Source: Blastocystis sp. Blastoise (Eukaryota > Protista > Bigyra: Opalinata). From it: a stretch of DNA of 64,000 nt. The DNA lies in assembly GCA_039096225.1 (NCBI GenBank), contig JBBPEB010000033.1, positions 1,054,001-1,118,000 of the forward strand. Direction: 5' to 3'. Of the stretch, positions 13,069 to 29,454 are shown one piece after another (within the stretch, counting starts at the first letter, position 1; the number at the start of each line of letters is the position of its first letter). The position numbers and the translations under genes were made by a program. The notes under the pieces are model-generated. The model was given only the letters and a program-made list of their open reading frames with translations, searched no databases and was not told the DNA's origin.

Positions 13069-16000
13069 ATTTCTTTTCTATGTTGATTTCATAATATACA
13101 CGATTTTCTTGAATAAATAGCGAATTATTCATTTGGTGTTTGTATATATTGAGTTTTTCATCTGAAATATCATTACCTAAATAATAGAATATCAAAAGAA
13201 ATAATTATATACTTTTATAAATAATAAAAAACTCTTTCAATTTAGGGATTTATCCGGTAGTAATAAAATCTATAAGTTTTGATAATTGTTCCTCATTATA
13301 AATATATATAATTAAATGAATTTATTATGTAATTATTTATATAAATACATAATCCTAAACTTCTTATGTGTTGAGTTTTATTTTCATTCATACATCTAAC
13401 AACGTTTCTATCTCAAATTTACTCATCGTTTCATCTATATATATATATATATATACCTTTTGTACCAATAATTGTATTCATAAATAAATGACTATCATAT
13501 TTACATCGAAAAATTGAATTATTCAGATCATAAAAGAAATAATTAGATGTACTATTAAACATATCTATACAATAACAATATTAATCAATATGAATAAAAT
13601 CAATATTATTATTAACATACCAACTAATCGAACAATACATGATGATAAAAAGTTGTTATTATTTATATATTCACAAAATATTTTAATAAAAGAAGTCCAC
13701 CATTTATTATTGTCATATTTCGGTATACATACATAAGTTATTTAATAAATATAAATTTTAAAATGATGATAAGGTTAAATATAAATATATATACAAATAT
13801 TGATATATTTTAATTTAGGGAAATTTTTTGTAGTGTATAGTTTACAAAAATTATCATCTGGTATATCCTTAATATCTAAAGTAATATTCATAAAAATATA
13901 TAGAATGAAATATATAATATACTGTATTAACATATTATTATTATAATATATATATACCTAGAATTAATTGAGTTGTATTATGGAAACAACCTTTAGGAAT
14001 TAATCGATTTATAAAAGTCATATAACAAACTAATAATAATAGTTAATATTGATTATATAAATTATCATTACACATAATAATCATTATATATATATATATA
14101 CATCTTAATTCAACAATAGAAGCCTTAGAAATTAATTTAATCATTATATTTTCATATGCAGTTAAATACTTAGATGATAAGTCTTCTTCCATTGAACTTA
14201 CTATATTTATATATAATTATTTGTTTTATAAATATATAATATACAATTAATCGTTAACTTATGAATAGTATTAAACTTATTGTCATTAAAAAGAGTTGAT
14301 ATCCATGTTAAATATTTTACACTTATATTATCATCAACTATAGATATTATTTAAATCATAATAACTATATATATATCTATAAAGAATATACATGAAATAT
14401 CTAAATCATTCAGATGTTCTAATATAGTACTCTTTAAGAATCTTTCTAATGAATCTCTTTCATCAATTTTACTTAGATAACTATTATCATTATGATTATC
14501 ATCACTATCATCATAATTATCACTATCATTATCATCACTACCATCATCATCATCACTATCATCATAGTTATGACTACCATCAGAGCTATCACTAGCATTG
14601 TTATAATAGTTTTCTATAAATGAATAAATATTAATAATAGTATATAGTAACAATAAATTGATTAAATGTAAATGAATACCTTTAATTTGAAAAAATAAAC
14701 TATCAACTTTTTGCTTATTATTCTCAATATAATCTAACTTTTTAAAACTTTCAAAATTAGAAAAATCAACTATATATATTAAAAGATATAGTATATATAT
14801 ATATAATATATATATATAAAATAATAAAAAAATATTTCATACTAGCAAGTTTATGAAATGAAATAAGATTTTTCGCTAATAATTCATTTAAACGAGGAAA
14901 ACAATAAATATAATAACCTATATAAAAAGTAAATAAATTTAATTAATTATATATATATATAATACAAGTATGAGTATCATTTATAACTATATTAATCATT
15001 TCTATATGAATTGAATGAGTATATGCATAATAATTGAAAAGACGAATTGTTTCGTCTTTAAGATTATCACCAATCCCATGTATACGAATAGTATCTATTA
15101 TAGATAATAAATTCACTGGAAATAGAGACTCAGAATTTTTAATTTCTAGAATATTAAAAAAGTTTTTATTTATTATTAGTCTATGCATATACTTTCAGTA
15201 ATATTATAATCGATAATATGTAATTTTGGGAAGCATTCTTTCTTTATTGAAGATAATTGGAAAGAATCTATAAATTATAATAACATTATATATATATATA
15301 TACCATAATAATCATTATGGTATATAAGTTCAGTAACATTAGGAAATACATGAGTTGTCATTATTTTATTCAATAGATTATCATCAATTTGTTCAGTTAC
15401 CATCTCAACTATATAGAATAATAATATTAATAATAATAATAGTAATTACAAAAAAATAATACTGCTGTAAACACTAAATGTTGTTAATGAATCGAAAATA
15501 CACTCTTCAAATAATTTCATAAAAATAACAGGATTATAATGAATAATATATCCTAAAATAAAATATTTAGTTTATTATATATATATTTACCTGAATTTAA
15601 AATGATTTTTGAAATAGACAAATAAATAGGAAGACATAATAATTGAGATATACCATGTTCAGTATATACTATAATAATACTATTTAATATATAAAAATAC
15701 AAAATAAAAATATTATTTACAAGAATTTCTTATCATTTGTTTTAGCTATATATATAATAATAATAAACTAAATAATATTCTTATATTATATATACAATCA
15801 TATTCAATTTTGATTGAATCATAATTTGAGTAGTCATCTTTTTCTCGATTTATTTCTACTTTTGAATAATCATTTGTATATATATCTTCATTAACAATAT
15901 ATTTATATAATTTAGGTAAATTAATTTTTTTTCTTTTCTCATTATAGGAATCAATCAATTTATGAGAATAATATAATTTATTCAGATCTAAAGAAGAAAT

Positions 16001-16411
16001 CTTATTATATTCTTTTATCTCTGATTCAGTATAATACTCATATTCTTCAGGATTCTCTATTTTATAATCATTTTTATTAAAAAAACGATAATATTCCATT
16101 ATATATTCATCACTATTTGGATTTAGTAATAGTTCAGTCTTCTTATAGTGCGTTGTTACTATATATATTATATATATAATAGTTATATATACCAAAAATA
16201 GTCAATTCGCTTAATGAAGGAAATATATCTTGAATACACGATGGGCATATATATTCTAATGGAATATTCGACGAATAATCATCTAGATATATATTTAATA
16301 TATATTATAATATAATATTTATATACATATAATTGTAACTTCAGTAATATTCATCATTTTTATAAGAAGAGAATAATAGAATAATTCTTCTTTTCGTTGA
16401 GGAGTAAATAA

Positions 16412-16461
<50 letters not shown>

Positions 16462-17032
16462 TAAAAGAAAACATATATATATATTAAAAAAAACATATAT
16501 ATATATATTAAAAATATAAATATATATATATTAAAAATATATATACCATAAATAATTATATGTTTTTCCTCTAAATTGAATAATTCCATAGGTACTCGTG
16601 ATTCAGAAAATTTAACACAATAGTTATATATAGAGTAATTATTATCTTTCAAATAATTATAAAACAACTCTTTAACATGAAAAAGCAAATCATTTTGTTT
16701 TTCTTTATCAGCTGAAACTGAGTATTCAACAAGTGTTTTATATATATCATAACTATCTTTCAAATCTAATGTAAATATATCCACAATTTCTTCGTTCAAA
16801 AAAGAAATCACTTTTTCCATACTCAATGAAGGCATATCTACATAATAACTACCGTCATCATATTTCTCAGTGTGTTGAATAATATCTTGAAATGGTAATT
16901 TAGGATATTTCTTTATAAATTCTCTTGGAATCCATAATTGTTTCTCATCTTGAAAAGTAAATAAGTCTAAAATAGAATAGCATATTATTATTCATATTCA
17001 ATACATTTATCTTCAATTAATTTTTCCGACAT
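13067..17032 (-). pseudogene. BTB-LRR family copy B, probable pseudogene (5' half intact, 3' half disrupted)
   Basis: Starts MSEKLIEDKYLFTFQDEKQLWIPREF. Relative to copy D it has a +2 nt insertion (~15215), a -1 nt deletion (~13402), two acceptors without AG (~13741, ~13302) and an in-frame TAA at 13250-13252 (G*IPKL vs GEIPKL). Confidence 0.75.
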
Positions 17033-18189
17033 GATTATTTAAACTATATAAACACAATGATCACAAAAAGAAAATGCAAAAAGACAATTTTTAAAACTAT
17101 AAAATGTATAGATTCATGAAATTTACTGCAATAAATTAAAATTAAAAGAATATTTAAATCATTTGTGTAGAAATTAATAAATATATTAAAATATTTTGAT
17201 CTCTTTATGAAAAGCTAGTTTTTTCTAGTATTTTATGATAATTATGATAAATAATAAAACAACGATTAAATACTAAGATGTGCTTTATAATTAAAAATTT
17301 CCACAATTCTTTTTCAAAAAAAAAACATAAAATAATCACGATTTTTCCAAATTGTTATTTTTTTTAATTCTCTATGTTTTAGTTTGTTTATATTCATAAT
17401 ATCAACATTAATGAAATTCATGACGTTGTGCTTGCTATTTATTATTTATTTGAAAAATATTGTGATACTTAATAACAGAATTGTTGTCGATGAGTCACTA
17501 CTTGGTGACTTATAGTATATTTATTTTATTTTTTATACTATGAAGACTATAAGAAATGCATTGAGTATTATATTTCAAGAGATTATGAACTACTGTTGAT
17601 CACTTGAACCATGAGTTGAAATATAAGGTAAGAAAGATATTATAAATATGTTATTATATTAAAAATATCTAATTAAAATGAATTTCATAGCTTATTATTT
17701 TATAATTAAAAAGAAAATAAATATTTTCTGTGTAATAGAAAGATATACTCTAAATATTTAGTTTATTATTTTTATCTTTTCTTGATTGTGAAATTTGATT
17801 GCTATTGAATAGTTTAATGTAAATAAGAATAAGTGAAAATAATTATTAATAAGTTAGTATATAATAACTAACTATATATATCACCATCATAATATTTATA
17901 ATAATAGCAACTGAATGTATTGTTTAACAAATATGAATTGAATTGAATGCAAAAAAGAACAAATATTTTGATAATATTATTATTATCAAAACTAATTTAA
18001 ATAATTATATATGTCAATTCTATTTTATAACATATGAGAAAGAACTGAATATAAAACTATAAAAAATAAAATATATAATATTTATGTATAGTATGTTAAA
18101 TTAATATATATAACTAATTTAAACAATAGAATAGCTTAGATATATACTATTTCAACATTAATATGAATTATAAATATTATTTTTTGAGT

Positions 18190-18899
18190 CTTATAAAAAT
18201 ATTCTCATCGATTCTTTTAATAATAATATGTACACATTCTTAAATATATATGTATCTATTAATCTAATAATTATTTTCGTTTTTATTATATTTCTTCATC
18301 TTTCGATCTCTTCTTTCGTTGCAATTGATTAATTCTATAGATAATATTAAACCACAACATTCAAATAAATCTAATATTTCTAATTGTTCTTCATAAGAAA
18401 AAGAATTTAAATCTACGTTTTTTCCATTAAAAAAATCTAATAAATAATAAATAAAAGCATTATTTCCAGTATAATCAAGAAATGCAGATCCATCATTCGT
18501 TCTTTTTTCTTCTTCACGTTGATCATCAATAAAAGAACCTTTTAAAGAATCTAAAACAGATTTCGATATTTGAAATACAGGACCATCATTGGTAAATCTA
18601 ATGAAATCAATATCATTATCATTATTATCATCTTTATTCATCTTCATATCTTCATTATTCTTATTTTCATAAACACATTTCTTTTCAAATTCATTTCTTT
18701 CGCCTTCTTTCTCAATACAATCATCTCCAATATGTTTTATAAGTCTATTTATCGATATTCCAGAATGTATACCAAGATTGATCAGTGATCCAAATACACG
18801 AACTACGTCTTTCATCAATTCTTCATATACACTGATATCCTCCTTGAATTGCTTAAATCAATTGACATCAAAAATAACAACTTTTCTTTCACTATATTA
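18190..18899 (-). pseudogene. Truncated BTB-TLDc paralog (BTB part only)
   Basis: DIDFIRFTNDGPVFQISK...RTNDGSAFL...ERRD matches the 9494-11458 gene. There is no ATG at the homologous start, an in-frame TGA at 18858-18860, a stop at 18264 and no TLDc exons. Confidence 0.8.
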
Positions 18900-19419
18900 T
18901 AAAAAACAAAAGAAAAAAATTTAAAAATTTTTATTTCTTTTTTTATAGTTTCTTACATAAATCAGATTTTATATTAAAACATATTTATTCGTTGGTCTCC
19001 TTATATACTTTTAAGATGAATAATTATCATAAATAACACATATATTCAATATCATCACAATTACAAAAATGATTCTCTACGAATATCATCCAATTCATGC
19101 TCTAAATCACTCAGAAAAGCTAGAAAATTATAAAAAATAAATAATAATTTCAAAATATAACATTTATTTTCATTCTCATATACAATTTAGTCTTATATCT
19201 GATAAATGATATCACTGAACAAATTACAATCATAAACTATTATTAAAAATTAAACTGGTTCTAATTCTCTTACTCAAGAAAAACTAAATTTAAAAAAACT
19301 TAAAAAAACATAAGTTTTTTATTCTTATAGTTTCAACAAATTTATTAAACTATCAAATAATTCTATAAAAAGTATATACAATATCTATAGTAATTCATAG
19401 AATATAGGATATTGTTAAT

Positions 19420-22400
19420 ATGAGTACTCCGTCAACAATCACTTTGAGTGATTCTAACTCAAAAAGTAATATAGAGTTATATTCATAATCTAAGTACTAT
19501 AGACACTATTCAGTTTATCTTTCAAGATGAAGTTAAGGTTGGTATTCCAATTGACATTTTAGAATTATGTCCAGAGTCAATATTGAGTTTGACATATACT
19601 TCAGAAGACTCTTTAGATAATGAAGATCATTCTTGCTATATTGATTACCATTCCTATTCCATAGAAAAAGTGATTTCCTATCTCGAAGGAAAACTTTCAA
19701 TTGATTGTTCTCTGTCTATTACTGAACTGTGTAACATGTATAAAACATTTTATATTTTCTGTCTTCATGGAGCTTTCTCTCATTACTTTGAGTTATCCAA
19801 TATTATACAACAAGCTCTTCAAACTTTTTTAAAGAAAAATAATTGTACAATGTATGTTCATTTATATATATATATTTTTTCATATATATTTTATAATAGT
19901 TGTAAAAAAACAATATCTTCTGATATTACTGAATATATATTGATTATTGAAGGTAAATAATCTTATCTATATATATCAATATACAATAATAATAATTAAA
20001 ATTATAGGTATTATCTCAGAAGAACGAAATAAAAAATTTCTTGAATATTCCTGTTTATTCGAACTAATGAATATCACACGTGTTCATCTAAAATGTATAT
20101 TTTAGCATTTCATTGATTATATATATTATTATAATAAAAATTATATATATATATATAGATCATTATTCAAATGAAATATCTTATGATACTATATATCCAT
20201 CAAATATACATGAACTATTTCCACGATTATTAAGATATGATATAGAATGTATGTATTTATTTTATTTAATAAATTATTTTTATTTCAGATTATAATTGAT
20301 ATTAATTATTTATATTCTATAATTAATATATATATAGTAATCTATTATCCAAGTACTAAAACAATAAAAATAAAGAATGGAGATTATTTATATGATTATT
20401 TTTCTAGATGTGATTATTCAAATAAAAGTATTTTAACATATATATATAATATATACTTATATTATTAGGGAGATATGGTGGATATATAATAGATTATATT
20501 CCAAATCGTCGTTTCCCTCCTCTTAACATCAATAAAGATCCTATTGAAGAACAAAAGAAAATAATAAAATTTCAAACAGAAATTGAAGTTGTAGCAGAAC
20601 GTATAAAAAATGATCTAACCACTTATTCAAAAAAGACAAAGAAATCTAAAGAAAACATTGTTTCGAATTCTGATTATTCATTTTCATCAATATCAGATGA
20701 TAATTCTATCTCTTCTGTTGCTTCTAATCAACCTATATCTGCCAATATATCAACTAAAGAAAATAATTCGTTAAACTCGGATAAGATGATTGATTCTTTG
20801 TCTTCTTCAATTAATAACAATTCACAGAACCATTTTTCTTCTCTTCTTAAATCTTCTGTTTCTCCTCCTTCTCCGTTTCTTCCTCCTCCTATTATTACAA
20901 ATATTTCTTCTTCTTTTCTTCATCCTCATATTTCTCCTCCTTCTCCTCCTTCTCATATTTATCCTCATTCTCCTTCTTCTCCTACACTTCTTGACTTTCC
21001 TCTTTCTCCTTCTTCTTCTTCTCTTCTTCCTCATATTTCTCCTCCTTCTCCTCCTCCTCACATCGACCATCATGTTTCTACTCCTTCTCTTATTTATCCT
21101 CATACCTATCCTCCTCTTCTTCCTTCAATTCTTTCTCCTCCTTCATTTTTTTCTTCTTCTATTGTTTCTCCTTTCATTGTTGCTTCTTTTTTTCCATTTA
21201 CCTCTAATTATCCATTTGTTATTGAAAGTGATAATGATACATATGAAGATTTTCATTTTATTTCCAGATACTATTCATCAAATATAATTGTTCAATACCC
21301 TTATTATTATTCAGATACTTATAATAATCACATATTAAATGATAATAATTATCAAGATAATTATAACGTTATATCTACAAAAAAATCAACGTTTTATTTT
21401 CATTTCAAAGATAATAATGATAGTATATACTTAATTTTTTTAAATACAATATATATATGTATATATAGTAATTGACTATGAACACCCAATATTAGAGTAT
21501 CTATTTATTATATATATATATAATTTATTTTTATAGAATTCCTATTATCCCTCCAGATTCTATATTTACTTATCTATTAAATATGCCAATTTGTAAGCAT
21601 CTTAAAGAGATTTGTGTTTCAGATAGTATATATATAATTATTTACATATATAAATCTTATTATATTATTATAATAGAAAAGATATTTTGGGAACTTCAAA
21701 TAGTAACTCCTCCATTATTAACATCTTTTCTAAATGATCTTTTTGATCTTCATACAACTATCAATCTAACTGATTGTATATATATTTATTATATGATTGC
21801 TAATATATATTTTTTTTCTATTTTAAATATATATATAGTGATAGATGGAAGTTCTTATGGTCATTATAAACAATTTCTAGAAGATTATATTTCTACTCAT
21901 ATATTTCCAAATGTAACAACACTTCGAATTGATAGTATATATGTTATTATTATTAAATATATTTATATATTTATTATTATTGTTACTAGTATATAATATA
22001 TATATATATTATATATTCTATTATACAGATAGAGGGAATAAGTCATTTGATGAGAAAATGTTTAATCGATTTCTTTTATTATTTACTTCTGAACATTTCC
22101 CAAAATTACATATTTATGATCTTCAACATTATTCTATAAATAATTATGAATTTGTTACAAGTATAGATAGTATACTTCAAATACCATTAATAGAACAATT
22201 GGATACTATGTATATGACTATATCAACGGAACAAGAAGTATCATTAGATCATTCTAAAAAGAAATCATACCTTGATTCAATATTACAAACAATAAAGAAA
22301 TTAAATAATAATACAAACTATCAACTATGTTGTATATACTTATTATTATATATTTATTGTATTCTATCTATAGTTAATAATTTCATTTTCTTTAAGAATG

Positions 22401-23085
22401 ATATACTATCAGAATTATTATTACAAAAGAATGTTATCTTTAATAAAACCTATTTTTATTGTATACTCATTTTTAAACATATATATATTTTAAATAATAC
22501 CTATATATAGTAGATAATAGTACTATTGGAGCTATATACTCAGAAGATACACATTTTTTGAAGGATTATGAGTTTAAAGAATTATATATTCATGACAAAG
22601 AAGCTGGTATATTTTTATATTCTTTCATTATATATCAATAAACCCAGATTTATAGTAATCATGAATATTTTATTTATTATTTAATATATTTATAATTTTT
22701 CCTTTCATTTTAAACTTATATCCTTTTTTTTAAATTTTTACGTTATAAATAGTTAGAAATGATTATGAAAAATCAAAATTAGAGTTATCAATTTTAAGGA
22801 ATGGAAATAAAAACATAAATAAATATCAAGATCAATTGGAAATATGTATTTGTTAAGATTATTATTTTTCTTATTATATCTATAATAAAAACTATATTTA
22901 GTTATATATTCATCTGTATTCTCTCCTAATGAAGTCAATAGTTTTACTAATATTATGAATTCATTAAATACGGAACATATTGAAACGATTACTTTTTCTT
23001 GTATATATATTTATATAGTATCTATATTTTTCTTTCTGTTTATTTTCATCTTATTTAATACTATATATGATAGTGTTTTTATTCT

Positions 23086-23116
<31 letters not shown>

Positions 23117-24606
23117 CGAGAAAACTATCACATTTCATTACCTGACTTTGTTTCTAGTTTTAAGAAAGCTAATTATCCTCATTTAAAGAAATTAACTATT
23201 AGTATATATATATATATATATTCATTCTTTATTAATCAATAATACTTTTATATTAACTATTTATTATTAATCATTCAAATTATAGCATATATTAGTATGT
23301 TTGCAGGCGTAACCCTTGAAGATATAAAAATAAATGCAAAGAATATGTCTTTGTTATTATCATGCTTTTCAAATAGTCTTAAAGAATTAAATTTAGATTG
23401 TATATTCTAATTTTTCTTATTCTTAATATATATATAGTAGAACCAGATTATTATTATTTATCTTATTTTTATTATATATATAGTAGAACCAGAAAATGAT
23501 TATATGGAAACTATTTTGAAAGAAACAGTTAATTTTCCGTTATGGGAGAATATAGAATCTCTTTCTTTTCCAACAGGTAAATTTAGTTTATATAATATAA
23601 TATCAATATAATATTTATATATATATAGGACGTTATCATCGTGTCACTTGTCTTTTTGATTTTTTTTGTAATAATTTCATAAATAATAAATTATTACAAT
23701 TGGAATCATTAGTTCTTACTGGTATTTAATATTATCTTTATTTTTTATTATTATCATTAATAATAATTGCTATAATTAAATCTCTATAGGTAAAAATGAT
23801 TATGAACAGGACTATTTACTTTTTATTCATCAATTATTGAATGATTTAAATATATATAATTCTAAATCAATAATTGATGAGACTGAAAAATCTCAAAGCT
23901 TTTATTGTATATATTTGTCTATATTCTCTTCCATACAATAAAGTGATTATTCTCATTTTTCATATATATGTATTAGCAACTTTATATCTATCTAGGTGTT
24001 GACTGTATATATCAAGTCAAGGATATTATATGTAATTTTGAATCATTACAATTAAAATATCAAGAACCAATAAAATATATACATATGTCAAGAAGATTTG
24101 ATCATGTTGTTGAATTTAATAAACGATATTGGAATTCTATATATATCTTGTTACAAACACAAAATATGAATTCCTTAGAATCTTTATATATGTGTATATT
24201 ATTACTTTTAATTTTTATTTATTGTTCATTAGTTTATATTTTATATATTATATATAGATATATATGAAGAGAATGACTTAATAAAAACTGAAGAACTTTT
24301 TAATGAAAAGAACTTTCCTAATATGAAGGAGTGTACAATTTATGTAATAGGTATATTTATATATATTATATAAATAAACTTTTAATCTATATATATACAT
24401 ATATTTATATATATTTATATATATTATATATATAAACTTTTAATCTATATATATATACATATATTTATATATATTTATTCAATAATAGTATATATATTAA
24501 ATTTATTATAGAATCACTCTTTATGACACAATCATGTGAAGTTTTGAAGAATCGAGCGAAAGAATCGAGAATTTCATTTGTTGTTAATTCTTTTATTTTA
24601 GAATAA
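19420..24606 (+). CDS. BTB/POZ-like + LRR-like family protein, copy C (~23 introns; P/S/H-rich insert)
   Basis: Reads MSTPS...IQFIFQDE...YIDYHSYSIEKVISYL, with IYPSNIHELFPRL, STHIFPNVTTL and FPKLHIY. Spliced frame ends at TAA 24604-24606. Confidence 0.8.
20830..21200 (+). repeat. Coding (CCT/TCT)n pyrimidine tract encoding a Pro/Ser/His-rich insert in copy C
   Basis: ORF 20786..21475 reads SPPSPF...HISPPSPP. Confidence 0.85.
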
Positions 24607-25349
24607 TGGTGATTCCTTTTAAAGTTAATATATTTTACTATAGTTATATCTACTTATTTTTAATACTCATATATATATATATTTTTTTATGTGCCATTTA
24701 TAATCGCTTTAACTACTTTTATATCATATTTTGTGTTGTTTTGCTTATTTTAAAATTCAATGACTTTTAACAATTAAATCTCAAGAGTATTGTCATGTTA
24801 ATACTTTACTATTTTTTACCTCAACTTTATATACATAAATATAAAATTTTATAATTTTAAATAAATATCACAAAGTCTTGTGATACTTATAACATAAATA
24901 AAAATGCTTAAAAGTTATTATACTTAATTAATGGTAGTTTGTAAAAAATATAAACATCTATTAGTTACTTTTTTATTAGTACATATATGTATCAATACGA
25001 AAAGGTCAACATAAAATAAAAAGACTATTCCACATTCTATTTGATATAGAACACTATTATATGTCAATGTTATTCAATAAACATAATTTTAAATACTATT
25101 ATTTATTCATTTGTATAATCATATTTAAATATATACTATTATCACATATAATAAACATTTAAAAACTTTTAGTTTCAAATATATAAATTTAAACAAACAA
25201 AAACTAAGTGTTATAAAAATAATTATATATTAAAGTATAATAGAAATATGTATATAAATAAAAAAATCAGTGAATATGAAATTATATATGAAATAATGAT
25301 TTTAAGAAAGATAAGTATTATAAAAAAAAGAGCAATATATACATCTGTA

Positions 25350-25483
25350 TTAAAAGTCATCATAATTTCTATTATTAGTTAAGTCATAAAATACATGATT
25401 CTTTTTAATAAATGTAGAATCTTTCACTTTTTGTTTATATTCATTAATAGCTTCTTCTGATGCTTCTAATTCAGATGAATCTA

Positions 25484-25514
<31 letters not shown>

Positions 25515-28500
25515 CCATATCTACATGCGAATTTCTTTAATTTCGGTATTTCACCTGATAATACTAAATCTAATACATCAAATAATAATGTATCATTGTA
25601 AAAATCTAAATATAAAAAATATTTATATAATGTTATAATAATACTAAAAAAACTTACATATATCAAAATATCTTAAATTTGGGATTTGTTGTTGTTTAAT
25701 ACATTTAATAAATGTTTTGATTTCATTTTCAGATATTGATTCATCTTTATATATATATATAGATATATAGATAATAATCAGTAATAAAATATACCAAATT
25801 GATTACTAACAATAGTTTCTACAGATAAATTAACAGTATTCTTTATTTGTTGAATAGATTCGTTAGGATAGAAATAGAAAATACGATAATCACCAACGGT
25901 CTCTAGGAGAAGAATTCAAATAATAATAAAAAACTATTAAATAAATATATATACCATCCAAAAATATAGTACTTAATGATGGGAAATTATTACTATTATA
26001 TGAAGATAAAGTATCTATGAAATTATTGAAACATTCACTTGATTTTACATCTATATATAATTATATGATATAAAAATATATATTCAGAAAATATATATTA
26101 ATAGTAATCAGAACATTCATTATCAAGTAATCTTAACATTTTAGCATATATATGATTGATTAATCAGTATTTTATATAATCAATTTATATAAAACATGTA
26201 AATATATCAGAAGAATTATATTCATAAAGAATATTTTTGATAAATATTTAACTATATATATAAATACATATTGAAAAACGTTTCAATTTAGCGAAGTTAT
26301 TCTTAGTATATGATTCTAAAAACGCATTAATTGGTATATCATTCATTTCTAAATAATAATTATATAGTTATTTCTTGAAACTATTAAATATAATGAACAT
26401 AATAAAAAGCATAATAATAATAACTAGTATATACCAAAACTTAATATAATTGCATTTTGGAAACCTCCACTTTGAATTAATTTCATTATCATGGTATCAT
26501 AACCATATCCTAACAAGAATGAATCATAATTATATTATTATTTATTATAATAATAATTAAAAAACAATTGATGTTCATAAATTTAATACTGACTAAATAT
26601 AATATACCTTTTAAAGTAATAAACGAAGCTTTACTAACTATTTTTATAAGGATATTTTGGAAAATAGAGAAATATTCTGGTTCAGGATTCTTTTTAAGCT
26701 CAGGTACTATAAAAATAGATAAATTTATAGATAGATATAATTCTAGTATATACAATCAATAGTTAAATATTCTATGCTACTAAATGTGTTATCGTTAATT
26801 AGAGTATCAATTCTTTTTAATTCATTTATACATATTTTACTATAAACTATATATATAATATAATACTAATAATAATACATGTATATATAATCATACATGA
26901 AAGACAACAGTCTGCTAGCTTTTGTAATATACTACTATTAAATAGATGTTTAAAAGCATCTTGAATATCAAGTAATTCGTGAGTTTCATCATCACTACTA
27001 TCTTCATCACTATTATCACTTTCTTCATCACTATTATTATCATCATCACTATTATTATCATCATCACTATTATTATCATTTTCATCATCTTTATTATCTT
27101 TATCATCATCATTACTTTCATTATTATCATTACTTTCATCATTATCATTAATACTTTCAACATTACTATTATTATCATTATTATCATCATCACCACTATA
27201 ATTATCATTACTGTTATCATTTTCAACACTATTACCCTCATCATCATCACCACTATAATCATCATTACTGTTATCATTTTCAACACTATTACCCTCATCA
27301 TCATCACCACTATAATCATCATTATTATCACTATTATCATCATCACCACTATAATTATCATCAATATTATCATTTTCATAATCACTACTTTCTTCATCAT
27401 TATCACTCTCATCATCATTTTGATAATAATAATAATAACATTTTAAATCTCGATAATCATAGCCAATATAATAATCTATAAATTATATAATATAATTATA
27501 TGAATTCATACTAACAAAGTTCATTTTGAATGAATCAACTTTAACATTTCTATTTTCAAATTCTTCCAATAAATCATCAAATAATGGCTCATACTTCTCC
27601 ATATTACAAAGATCTATTAAAAACAAAATTTAAGAATAAGTAAATAATTATAAAAATCAAATAATAAAATATACTACTTAGATTAAATGTATATGTAAAA
27701 AGTCCTTTTTCAAGAATTTCTTTCTTATGAGGAAATAAATCAATAACAGTAGCTATATATACATGAAAATAAATTTATAAATATAATTAATTTACAATTA
27801 ATTAGAAACAAAAAAACCAAGTATATATATACAGCTTGAAAAAATATGGATTGAGTGATTATAAGCTAAATCACCTAAATAGATAGCATTCTTTTTCTTA
27901 TTATACCACGCCATATCTACATTTATTGTATTAATTAATGATAAAATTTGTTCAGGAATTTTTTGTTTGAAAATATTGCTACCTATGATATATATAATAT
28001 ATTTAACAAGAATATAATATATATACCATATTTATAAGTAATAATATGTAATTTTGGGAAGCATTCCTTCTTAATTAATGATAATGTGAAAGTTTCTATA
28101 TATACATAATAAACAATATAGACAAATATTTAAATATATAGCAAATGCTATATATATACCATCATTAAGAAAAAGTTCTGTAACATTAGGAAACACATGA
28201 GTTGTCATTAAATTTAAAAATTCATCATTATTAAATAATTTATTAAATTTCATAACTATATAAATAGATCATTAAAAATAATAAAAAAATCTTATATACT
28301 CCAGTTTGAAGCCAGTGAGGTGAGAGAATCAAAATAACCATCTTCAAAGGCTTTCATAAAAATAATAGCAATTTTTTTGTCGATATAAAAAATTTTATCT
28401 ATATATTGAATATCAAATAATTATAAATATTTTCTTTTTTATAAATTTATTTATTTACCTGATTGAATATCTAACTTCGAAAAATGAAAACTAGATGGAA

Positions 28501-29091
28501 AATGTAATAATTGAGCTAAACCAATTTCTGTATTAATTTTGGAACTATACCTATACAAATATATTTAAAATAAAAGTGTTTAACATATATAATTATAATA
28601 TAAATACGAGAATACCGAGAGTGTCATGTCATCTGTAAATATAATTTTAAGACAGATATATATATATATATATATATTTAATAATAATATATATATATAT
28701 AAATGTTAAGTATATATAAATATAAAAAAATACTACCATAATTAATAGCTACACTATCTTTAAGTGAATAATAGATATCTTGACTGATTTTAACTTGTGT
28801 ATAATCATCTGAATATACAGCTGGTTCAGAAACAGCTTCATAGAGTTTAGGTAATTTATTTTCAGATTTTCTATCAGAATAAGAATCTTTTATATCCCAA
28901 TCAACATTAGTATTTTCTATATCAAAAGAATTATTCTTATTATATTCATCCATCTCTAACTCAGTATAATAATCAAATTTCTCATCATCATCTATTCTTT
29001 TACCATTATTTTCACAAAAATTGGTATATTCATGTATATATTCATCAGTATTTGGATTTAATAATGTATCACCTTTCAAATAGTTTGTAAC

Positions 29092-29140
<49 letters not shown>

Positions 29141-29369
29141 ATAAATTTTTAACTGTGAAACTAAGGGGAATATATCTTGAATGCAAGATGGATAAATATA
29201 TTCTGATGGCATATTTGGTGCATATTGATCTATATATATAATCATTATTTATTGTATACTAATTATATATTTACATGTAATTTCAATATAAGTAATATTC
29301 ATCATTTTAAAAAGAAGAGAATAACGTAATAATTCATCTTTTCGTTGAGGAGTCATTAAGCCTATATAT

Positions 29370-29454
<85 letters not shown>

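Noticed and set aside
26052-26270. Apparent broken exons in copy D
   Set aside because: Treating the span as one phase-1 intron restores the frame and matches the exon count of copy B.
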